From NCBI GenBank assembly GCA_040954595.2, contig CM082593.2, positions 10,239,200 through 10,303,199 of the forward strand: DNA of 64,000 nt. The letters run 5' to 3'. The notes under the pieces are model-generated. The model was not told where the DNA came from and searched no databases. It was given only the letters and a program-made list of their open reading frames with translations. The DNA comes from Balanoglossus misakiensis. Lineage: Eukaryota > Animalia > Hemichordata. The number at the start of each line of letters is the position of its first letter. The first letter of the stretch is position 1. Shown here piece by piece: positions 54,190-63,482 of this stretch. A program made the translations under genes and the position numbers.

Positions 54190-55998
54190 GCAGAAAGAAT
54201 ATCTAAGATAGGGAGAAAATTTGGGTTGGAAGGGACTGCTTTAAAAGATTATGTTAGAGAGGAACAAATTAGACAGAGGGATCTTAGGGCTACTGAGAGA
54301 GAGGAGCAGAGAGAAGATAATAGGCGGCGCGAGGAACATGAGAGAGAGATACTGAAAATGCAAATTCACTTACAAGAATTAAAATTGAAAGGGGAAAATA
54401 CAGAACAGCAGGTTACTGAAAATAATTTGGCAAAAGCGCGTGCTCCGAGACTACAGGGTTTACGTGAGGATGTTGATGATATGGATGCGTACCTTCAACG
54501 TTTTCAGCGCTACGCCACTGCTCAGAAGTGGGAAAAAGATGACTGGGGGTGAATCTCAGTGCATATTGTTACAAGGTAAGGATGTATCCACATACAACCA
54601 AATGCCTGCAGCGTCTGCAAATAATTATGATGAATTGAAACCAGAGTTATTGAGGGCTTACCAGTTAAGTGAGGAGAGTTTTCATGACAAGTTCCGTTCG
54701 TGTATGCCACATTATGATGAAAGTGCTCAAAAGTTTATGGACCGTATTGGTGACTATTTGGGCAGATGGGTAGAACTGGCTGGTACTCCAAAGACGTACA
54801 ATGGGCTTACAGATCTGTTACTTCGAGAGCAGTTTATTGGAGTATGTTCCAGAGACATGGCAATGTTCATTAGAGAGCGACGGCCAGAGAATGTCCAAGA
54901 GATGGTATCTACTGCCTCAAAATACTTAGATGCCCGAGGGTGGTGGAAACTGCCAAGTAATGCCAAGAATAATCCAAGGAGCCAGCCGACAGCAAATACC
55001 AAGCCTGCTGTATATCCAAATCAAGTAAATAAGTTTAATAACAAAACCAATGGTTCCCATGTTTTTAAAGGTACGTGCTTCGTATGTGGTAAAGGTGGTC
55101 ATATGGCCAAAGATTGTAGAAGTAAGCCAAAGATGCATAAGACGGCGGTATTGTTAACTGAAGAAGATAGAAACTATCCACCTAAACAAGAATGTACACA
55201 TTGGGGCAACCGTCAACAGCCCAGGGGACAAGACACTGGTTATGCATGTATGGTGGTAGCAATGGAAATAGATAAAACAGATGCAACACTGAATAAGGAG
55301 TTCGTGTTACCATGTGGTCATAAGCTCCCAGTGATGAGTGCTGCTTGTAGTGCCCATGGAGTGAAGAAGATGCCGGTAATGAAGGGATTGGTCGATGGTA
55401 AGCTGGTTAGCGTTTTGCGTGATAGTGGGTGTAGTAGCGTGGTAGTTCGAAGAAGTCTGGTGTCAAGTAATCAGCTGACTGGTGAGTACAGGACGTGTGT
55501 TCTGATAGATGGGACTATTAGAAGAGTACCTGTAGCCTCTATAAAAGTTGATACCCCTTACTTTGTTGGTGAAGTTACTGCACTGTGCATGATGAACCCT
55601 GTGTATGATTTAATACTGGGCAACATTGATGGTGTATCTGACCCTTCGAATCCTGATACTACATGGCAGGAACCATTGCCGACATGTAGACTGTGTACAA
55701 CTGTTGGACAGGTACCAGGTTTAGCAAATGCTGTGGAGACCAGAGCCCAGAAGATAGCCAACCAAAAACCAATCAGAGAGCTTAAAGTACCTAAAGCTGT
55801 TGGTGAAGTGGTGATGCCAGGGAAGCTTCAACAAGCTCAAGAAGAAGACTCCACTCTTGACAAACTACGTGAGAAGGCAATTTTTGGTGACGAGAAAGTG
55901 ACTAGGAATGGAGGTAGGTTGAAGTTCATCATGAAAGATGGGATCCTGTACAGAGAGTTCAATTCGCCAATGGTCCAATTTGGTGAAAAGCTGTTACA
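54190..55998 (+). pseudogene. gag-pol: Gypsy gag-protease (frameshifted near 54550, interrupted at 55998)
   Basis: N-terminal coiled coil, DMDAYLQRFQRYA, capsid/SCAN-like LLREQF, zinc knuckle CFVCGKGGHMAKDC and aspartic protease LRDSGCS. The last ~34 aa of ORF 54440-56101 is read-through into the inserted transposon. Confidence 0.88.
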
Positions 55999-56040
55999 CA
56001 CTGCGGGAAATACTAGAGCTATGTTGGGCAGTATTCCGCG
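55999..56040 (+). repeat. Left bipartite TIR
   Basis: CACTGCGG + 18 nt + TGGGCAGTATT (56025-56035) + CCGCG. Confidence 0.85.
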
Positions 56041-56082
56041 AAGCGCGAGCTCCCATGTTCACCATAGCAACGCATTGCCAAG

Positions 56083-56733
56083 ATGGCGGCGCCCGTGTTG
56101 ATCGATGCCGAGAAAGTTATAAAACGCAAATTGCGAGAGGCAAAATCTGTGCTTAAACGTAAAAAATGCGTGTCGGACAATCTGTATATACACCCACTCT
56201 TTGATGAACTTGAGGATGTGACAACAAGGGCCATATTTCGAAACGACAAGCTGTCAAAGGACAAGATTCCTTGGCGTGACGTCGCCGTATTTCCCATGTT
56301 TCAGCGTGATATGACCTACTGGCAGAAGACCTTCTACGCTCGGCTGTCAACATCCCCGTCGTTAAGGTCACCATGGCAAAGCAGCTTTACACAACAAATG
56401 CCGAGGGAAGTATTTGATGTTTTTCATCAGTTTGCTACTCGGACCGGTTTTGGTATCGACGAGAAGACCTCCAGGGCTATCATAACCTTGACCTTCACAA
56501 GTTCCTCGAAGCTATTGTATGTGATACGGAAAGGTTATTGCTACGAGGGCGCTATCGGTCAGCATACAGAGAATATCCTAGAGAAGAAAGTCCGTGGAAA
56601 GAGGGTAGCTGTTATATGCACACCTGAGAAGCCCTGTGTTGTGAAATATTTTATCAACAGGGAGACTGTTGCTGTTAGATTCAGCTTTGGTGCCTGGAAC
56701 AAACATGGAATTCCATTACATCCAGAGAACTGA
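56083..56733 (+). CDS. 216-aa basic protein of unknown family, second gene of the transposon
   Basis: Uninterrupted ORF with ATG in CAAGATGGCGGC context, 84 bp inside the left end. Basic N-terminus (KRKLREAKSVLKRKK), AT-rich 3' flank and AATAAA at 56862-56867. Confidence 0.7.
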   Translation: MAAPVLIDAEKVIKRKLREAKSVLKRKKCVSDNLYIHPLFDELEDVTTRAIFRNDKLSKDKIPWRDVAVFPMFQRDMTYWQKTFYARLSTSPSLRSPWQSSFTQQMPREVFDVFHQFATRTGFGIDEKTSRAIITLTFTSSSKLLYVIRKGYCYEGAIGQHTENILEKKVRGKRVAVICTPEKPCVVKYFINRETVAVRFSFGAWNKHGIPLHPEN

Positions 56734-57585
56734 ACCCTATTGATTTTTCACACTGATTCAACCCATCTGACGAACATTTTTTTCCTGATCTGTGGCACAT
56801 GTTGTTCAGTGTAGATGTATCAGTCTGTCAAGACAGTCCTCTCACAATTGACATATATTCAAATAAAAAAAGGAAAATTAGAAGACTCAAAAATTCATCA
56901 CTTGTCTTTATTTATCTACATTCAATACAAATGAACAGATAACGTTTACAAAATTTCCTAAACTGTAAAATTCTTTTTTTCCATCATTATTGTAACATAG
57001 ATTTTTCATTAGTTTCAGAAAAAAATGTATGTTACCTACAATCAACATTGATAAGTCAATCAAAACTGCTCATCTAACAGTTAACCAGGATTTCTGGTCT
57101 AAATTTAATTAATATTTACAATTAATTCCATGACAAAATTTATAAATATCAAGAATTTGATGAGACTTAATTCTTTATTTTTTCACAAATTCATTAAAAT
57201 TTCGTGCAGGTGCAGAATAAACAACTCCTCAAGAAAAATGTAAAACTTTTCTATCAAGCTTATGTATGTCATACATTTTAATTTTGCAAAGCACTGCAAT
57301 CACTATACGATTAAGGGTTTATTCACAATACTTAATAGTGGTAAGATAAGTTTCAATTTCCCTGTCCCCATACATGCACACAAATACAAAATCCCATAAG
57401 AAACATATCATCTCCAGTTCAAAAAGTGTGAATTCATGTGATTTGTGATCTCCATTTTTATTAAATGCAGCTCTCAACTACAGATGAGTCTTTATAATTC
57501 TGTAATGTAATTAATACCATAGTTATCCTTTAATTCTAAAGTAGCACACAGTGACACAATCCACTGTTTCAAATTCAATCATTGT

Positions 57586-59826
57586 TCACAGCATAAGTTT
57601 CTTGAGTTTATTTGATATTTTACCAGTGACAGCTGCTTTTTTTATGTCATCCATAATTGGGTCAACACATATTTCACAGGCAGTCATTGTTTCATTTTTC
57701 AAATTGCCACACATACAGTAGCCTGCATTCTCATAATATCGACTGGGAATGTATTTTTCTTTTTCTTTAAGCTCAAATTGACCTACATTTGCCCTTCTAT
57801 AGTTGTCAGCTTTTGGACTTTTGTTCCTCAGCCAAAAAAGCATCACATATTCGTGTCGAAATATGAGGGCCCACCTATTTTGAGGTGTAGAATTTTCACT
57901 GAATTCTAGCAGGCGTAGATGCTTTGCCTCTCTGCCTTCCATTGTGTTTAGGCCTAATCCCAGACTGAATTGCTTATAGATACTAGTGGTGTGTTTTGGG
58001 ACTACAAAACCAATGTGCCACACAGTATTATTGACATTCAGAAACAGGGAATGTAGATTAAAGTACCACCGACACTTATGCCTAAGTACAAGCAAATCTC
58101 CCTCATTTATGTTGAATCGTGAGAATAACAAAGTGATATCTCTAAGCAAGATACCAGTATATGTGTAGAGAGCTAATTGAGCCCGACGCTTTGGACTGTC
58201 TGTATCACTTCTCAATGCTAATACCAATCCCATGAAATGCCAAGCAAGTTTGCGAGACTCCTCACCAGTGAAGCGATAAACCACATTAATGTTGGCATTT
58301 GACTTGACACTATTTTCATTGAAGTATTTTACAATCTTATTATACAACTTTCCAGCTTTTACTTGATATTTTAGGGCAGACAGGAATTTGTACAGATATG
58401 ACTCGTTAGGTAGATTCTCAATTTTAACTCCATTTTCACGACCCTTTTCCGAAGTGTGGGCAACTGCGTCAATCAGTAATCGTTGGAAGTAGTATTGCCA
58501 TGCATTGTTCTTTAAATGCAATGGCTCAGCCTTGGCACAATCAATAAATCTACCCAACGGTGGTACAAATTCCTGTCTTGACCTCAGACTGGCTATAAAT
58601 TGTGTGATTTTGGGTCGCACTGTTTTGGGCTTTCCAGTTTTAATTTTCTTAGTTGACTTCAACTTTTCAACAGCTTCTGCATCTTTAATTCTTTTCTGAT
58701 ATTTCCATTCATCCCACTTCTGACCTGGGCCAATTTCTGCTCCAATACAATCAATATCATTTTTGGAAACGTTAGCAAATGAGCTGAAATACTTTGCTGC
58801 ATTGCTTAGTTCTCCAGACACACTGGCCAATCCCTTCTGATCAAAGGGTAAAAGTGACACCTGAAAAGTTACATCAAGACTGCCAACTTTATATTTACGT
58901 TTCTCAATACACTCAAGGTCTTTTGACAATGCAATTGCAAATTCAATCATTATGGGGTCATCCTCTTTTATGTTTGCCCCTAATAGGAGAAAATTGTGGT
59001 CTGGGCTAGCAACACGGTGGGTCACATTCAAGAAACTAACTAGCCATGCAGTGGCCTGTCCATGTTTGCCAAACGGAGCCCCGTCAGCACCTATACTGAT
59101 TTGAAATGAGCCCTCCTGTTTACCGAACCAGTTAAGAATATCAGGCTGTGTTTCCCCCATATTTAAATATAAACTGGCAATCTTAATAAGCAACTCCTCA
59201 GGGTTTCTTTTTAAGCCGACTTGTTTGCCTTCAGATGATATAATTGGCTCAAGATTTCCAATGTCAAGGTTACTTACATACTGTACAACTTTTGTGTATG
59301 GGAGCAGTCTTGGTATTCTACAGCCAGAATGAATTTCTAATGCTTTCCTAGGATGTTTCAAGTTGGAGAACATCTGAAGTTCACTCTGCCTCAGACAGTT
59401 ATATTTTCGTTTGGATAGTACTCCGCCCTCATACATAGTTCTGACACTCCTCACCAAATTGTTCTCACTTTTCTCAAATTTACTGATGTATTTATCAAAT
59501 ACTGATGGCATTACTTTTTTACTGATTTGGGGAGAGGTTCTGAAGTATGTTTTCATTTGGTCAGGAGTGGCAGAATTAACAAGAGTATACCACAAACCAT
59601 CAAGTGCTGCTTTTGGTGGATGTAGTACATTCGGTTTATTTATACCTTTGGCTGGGCTTACATCTGTAGTTGCTACATGAATATTTATGGCTGCTGATAA
59701 GGTTTCACACCTACGTTCATACTGTTGACGTCGCGACAGCTTCAAAGATTCACTATTATCTGCACATACTTCAGTGTTCTTGTGGACCCATTTAGAGCGT
59801 TTCACATTAACATCATCAACAGGAAT
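57586..59826 (-). CDS. Transposase main coding exon (DDE catalytic core, C-terminal CxC-x11-CxxC)
   Basis: Open for 746 codons from a phase-0 acceptor (TTTCAG|ATT at 59827/59826). Motifs GADG (D at 59083-59085), PFDQK (D at 58840-58842), AEPLH, RFTGEESRKL and GLGLNTMEGREAKH (E at 57928-57930) parallel RAG1 CDG, GYDEK, DALH, MNGNFARKL and GAWASEGNES. Confidence 0.85.
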   Translation of the reverse strand: MPVDDVNVKRSKWVHKNTEVCADNSESLKLSRRQQYERRCETLSAAINIHVATTDVSPAKGINKPNVLHPPKAALDGLWYTLVNSATPDQMKTYFRTSPQISKKVMPSVFDKYISKFEKSENNLVRSVRTMYEGGVLSKRKYNCLRQSELQMFSNLKHPRKALEIHSGCRIPRLLPYTKVVQYVSNLDIGNLEPIISSEGKQVGLKRNPEELLIKIASLYLNMGETQPDILNWFGKQEGSFQISIGADGAPFGKHGQATAWLVSFLNVTHRVASPDHNFLLLGANIKEDDPIMIEFAIALSKDLECIEKRKYKVGSLDVTFQVSLLPFDQKGLASVSGELSNAAKYFSSFANVSKNDIDCIGAEIGPGQKWDEWKYQKRIKDAEAVEKLKSTKKIKTGKPKTVRPKITQFIASLRSRQEFVPPLGRFIDCAKAEPLHLKNNAWQYYFQRLLIDAVAHTSEKGRENGVKIENLPNESYLYKFLSALKYQVKAGKLYNKIVKYFNENSVKSNANINVVYRFTGEESRKLAWHFMGLVLALRSDTDSPKRRAQLALYTYTGILLRDITLLFSRFNINEGDLLVLRHKCRWYFNLHSLFLNVNNTVWHIGFVVPKHTTSIYKQFSLGLGLNTMEGREAKHLRLLEFSENSTPQNRWALIFRHEYVMLFWLRNKSPKADNYRRANVGQFELKEKEKYIPSRYYENAGYCMCGNLKNETMTACEICVDPIMDDIKKAAVTGKISNKLKKLML

Positions 59827-60179
59827 CTGAAAGATTAAGTGTGTGATAAATATATACTAATTAGAATATAATCATTATATATAAAATAAAATCTTCTTAC
59901 AAGTTAATCATTAATTTAAATGTCCTTGATAAGAAATACACACGTGTAGCCTGTATTTTTCTGACAACTTCTGCAATAAAAATCCTAAAAAATATATATA
60001 GTTTGTTGGAAAACCTAGATGTTTTGCATCAAAGCTGAACCCATTTTGTTATCATTGTTTACACAGGATCATGTGACATGAAGTTCAAAAAGCGAATTTG
60101 GGCTAAAATTTGAAGAGGATTTATACAAATCTGAGATTTTTAAAATTATGACTAAGTCTATTTATCTGATCTAGCTTAC

Positions 60180-60623
60180 CTTTCTCTTATTATTCTTTGT
60201 AGCTAAGATCTCACAAATCTTACTGTTCTTCTTCTCTAGTCTAGCTAGCTGGGTTGAGGATCTTTTTACTAGTCTCCTAGCTGCACTCAACTTATTCAAC
60301 TTATCCTGAATTATGCTTTCTTCCTCATCTCTCTTTCTCTTTCTCTGTCTACACCACTCTCCTAAGTTAAACCTGTGTTTAGTCTGTCCTCTCTTTGTTC
60401 TAACTACCAATAGGTTGTTGGCCACGCTCCCAGACAAAGATCTAGTCTTCAATTTCTCCTGATATGGTTGTTGCAAACACTTCTCTTCAGCTACCTGTCT
60501 CGCTATCTTTTGGTCCTTTGCCCACTGGCCTATGTTGAAGTAACTTTTCCCTTTTCTATTCGGCATAACAATAGACAAACTTTTAAGAAGTGCGCTACTC
60601 CTGTTGAATAGTTTGCCCCACAT
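60180..60623 (-). CDS. Transposase first coding exon (148 aa, basic, coiled-coil)
   Basis: GCCATGTGG start at 60623. Phase-0 donor AAG|GTAAGC at 60180/60179 joins in frame across a 353-bp GT-AG intron (59827-60179) to give ~894 aa. An upstream acceptor TTTTCAG at 60640 means the true start could lie in an earlier exon. Confidence 0.72.
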
Positions 60624-61429
60624 GGCTCTAAATCTATACCTGAAAAGGGTGAACAAGAGAAATATCTTGACAATAATTATCTATCCGAGGGAAGCAAAAA
60701 CAAAACACCTGCTCATTATACTTCCTCCAGAAATTGAGGTCAAAGGTGACATAGAAAGAATGTGGGTAACCTTACCATAACAATCTCGCCCGTTCATTTT
60801 TTTCTTATTTCGTTTTCACCCTCGAATTTCCAGCGAATTATATCAAGAATATATTTTAGCACAAACTATTGGTTTCTGATTTTTCAGTTACGGTCTTATT
60901 TTCTGTCAATTCTATGAACAATATCACCATGTCGCTGAAAATTCGAAGCGCCGCCATTACAATCAATGTAACCCGTGCTGCTGCCAAGGAACACACAGGG
61001 TCGTATATTTTCGCTTGGTATGATTTCGTCATATTGCTTGTAGCAGCATTTTAAACATGGAATCCTATGTTTACGTATAAAAGACTAAATTCGTATGGTT
61101 TTCAAATTGAAAAAAACAATTCTGTGAAGCTGAATCGTTGTAATTTTTAGTGTTTGTTTATGGTTGCTTAGGACGGCTTCTGCTATAGCAACGGCCAGGG
61201 ACTGTCAGCGGGTGATCAAAATGTTCAAGTTATTTGGCTGATACACATAAATAACACAGCAGAATCGCAACTTTATTTCATATTGTCTCTGACATCTTGC
61301 TAATTTTACTAAACAAAACTTGGAATAAAGCAATATTACTCACCGAATTATGCTGTGCATCGACAGCTGTGTTCGATCGCGAACGCCATTACTGTGTCTA
61401 ATTAAATATTCATGAGCTTCATAGGCTGC

Positions 61430-61472
61430 CACGGAAATACTGCCCATAGGTGGCGTCGTTCAAGCTGTAGTG
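61430..61472 (-). repeat. Right bipartite TIR
   Basis: Minus strand reads CACTACAG + 18 nt + TGGGCAGTATT (61446-61436) + TCCGTG. Confidence 0.85.
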
Positions 61473-62742
61473 ACAGGTGGTGGTTCCCAGAGTGTATCGT
61501 AACCAGGTGATGAGACTAGCCCATGAATCAGTGCTGGGTGGTCACCACGGAACTCACAAGACCACAGACAAGATCCTCAGCAACTTCGTTTGGCCTGGGC
61601 TAACATCAGATGTTTCCCGTTACTGTCAGTCCTGTGATTCATGTCAACGGACACAACCAAAGGGACGGGTGACCAAGGTACCACTTGGAAGTATGCCACT
61701 AATAGATATCCCTTTCCTACGTATTGCAGTAGACCTGGTTGGCCCTATTCATCCATGCACTGAACGCAAGAATAGGTACATACTTACTGTTGTTGATTAT
61801 GCAACACGCTATCCGGAGGCTGTTGCATTGACTAACATTGATACCAAGACTGTTGCAGAGGCGCTCCTGGACATCTACTCAAGAGTGGGGTGTCCACGTG
61901 AAATTCTGACAGATCAAGGAACTCAATTTACATCAGATGTGATGCGTGAGGTCAGCCGGCTTTTGTCTATAAAGCAGAAGACTACCACCCCATACCACCC
62001 AGCATTCAATGGTCTAGTGGAACGGTTCAATGGTACATTGAAACTCATGCTCAGGAAGATGTGTGAGGAACGTCCAACATATTGGGATCGTTATCTGAAT
62101 GCTTTACTATTTGCCTACAGAGAAACGCCTCAATCGAGCACAGGATTCTCTCCGTTTGAATTACTTTATGGGAGGAGTGTGCGTGGTCCAATGGCTATCT
62201 TGAAAGAACTATGGACTGGAGAGATCAGTGAACCAGAAACCAAAACGACTTATCAATACATCCTTGATCTTCAAAAGAAATTAAAGAAGGCATGCGATTT
62301 AGCAAGACAAGAACTGAAGATATCACAAGGCAAATACAAGTCCTACTACAATAGAAAGGCCAAATGGAGGAAGTTCAACAAAGGTGACGAGGTGTTATTG
62401 CTACTACCTACTGACCATAATAAACTACTTATGCACTGGAAGGGTCCTTTTCCAGTGGTGGAGAAAGCGAGCAATATGGATTACAAGATTGACTTTGGTC
62501 ATAGGGTGAAAACATTCCATGCCAACCTGTTGAAGAGGTACTATCGAAGAACTGATCAGCTAGATGAAGTATCAGCTGGACTTCTTGAGATTGTGTGTGT
62601 ATCTGTGATAGATGAGCAGAGTTATGAATCTTCAGAAGTACAAGAGAACACAGGGGTTAAAGTAAACGATGACTTACTGCGGGTTCCTGCATTCAAGCAG
62701 AAAGAATTTGCTGCAGATGTGAATGTATGTGACAACTTGTAA
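61473..62742 (+). pseudogene. pol: Gypsy integrase region of pol
   Basis: HHCC motif (AHES..GHHG..CQSCDSC), catalytic VDLVGP / TDQG / VERFNG and GPY/F-like WKGPF. The TAA at 62740-62742 is premature, because the same frame continues into the RT region. Confidence 0.9.
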
Positions 62743-63482
62743 GACATACAGGAGCAAGTGGTGAGGAGGTTGCTGATCAATTACAAAGATATGTTAACTG
62801 ATATTCGTGGTAACACCAACCTGGGTTTCCATGACATCAAGTTGATGGATCCAACACCAGTATGCAGTAGGCCATACCCCATCCCTCATGCACTCCGTGA
62901 AGCAGTGAAAGATGAAGTCAAAACGATGATTAAGATGGGAGTAGCTGAACCTTCAGAGAGTCCATATGCTGTTCCATTGGTAATGGTGAAGAAATCTGAT
63001 GGGTCCAATCGTTGTTGTGTTGACATGAGAAAGCTCAATCGCATAACAGTGTTTGATGCAGAGCCTACACCAGACCTGAGTGAGCTTTTTGCTTTTTGCT
63101 AAGTTATCCAAGGATCACTATTTCACTAAAGTAGATCTCAGCAAAGAATATTGGCAAGTCCCGTTGACTGATAATTCTAAACAATTGACGGCATTTATCA
63201 CGCATGATGGGCTATACCAATTTATCAAAATGCCTTTCGGACTTGTAAATAGTGCTGCGACTTTTAGCAGAATTATGAGAAGATTGTTAAGAGATATGAA
63301 GAACGTAGACAACTATATCGATCACATACTGATCCACACTGCATCATGGGAAGAACATATCAAGACAATTACAGATTTGATGAGCAGACTACGAAAGGCA
63401 AAGTTAACAGCGAGACCAACTAAGTGTTATGTGGGTTATGAGCAGATCGATTTCCTGGGTCATGTGGTTGGTCATGGTGAAC
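62743..63482 (+). pseudogene. pol: Gypsy reverse transcriptase region, frameshifted and truncated
   Basis: RPYPIP, SPYAVPLVMVKKSDGSNRCCVDMRKLN, KVDLSKEYWQVP, MPFGLVNS and FLGHVVG. YIDD reads YIDH; a 7-bp duplication (CTTTTTG x2) at ~63085 causes a frameshift. Confidence 0.9.

Larger units (their letters stand above)
55999..61472 (-). mobile_element. Apparently intact two-gene cut-and-paste DNA transposon, 5474 bp, with a RAG1/Transib/Chapaev(CMC)-like transposase
   Basis: TSD ACA at 55996-55998 and 61473-61475; ends CACTGCGG...CTGTAGTG. Removing the element and one TSD restores the in-frame pol reading FGEKLLQVVVPRVYRNQV. Confidence 0.9.
52316..63482 (+). mobile_element. Gmr1-type Ty3/Gypsy LTR retrotransposon, decayed, interrupted, 3' part missing
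   Basis: LTR end ...TGACA followed by a tRNA-Pro PBS, gag with CCHC knuckle, protease, then integrase upstream of RT. No RNase H or 3' LTR is present in the window. Confidence 0.9.

Noticed and set aside
54440-56101. 553-aa ORF as a complete protein
   Set aside because: Its N-terminus is out-of-frame gag and its C-terminus is read-through into the transposon end; it is a pseudogene fragment.
61441-61457. CTCF-like motif CCCATAGGTGGCGT in the right TIR spacer
   Set aside because: Several mismatches to the consensus and a single occurrence; may be chance.
55999-61472. Calling the element a true ProtoRAG (RAG1L-RAG2L) or Transib
   Set aside because: The TSD is 3 bp (5-bp flanks TTACA and ACAGG differ), the partner has no kelch/PHD features and the core CxxC is absent.
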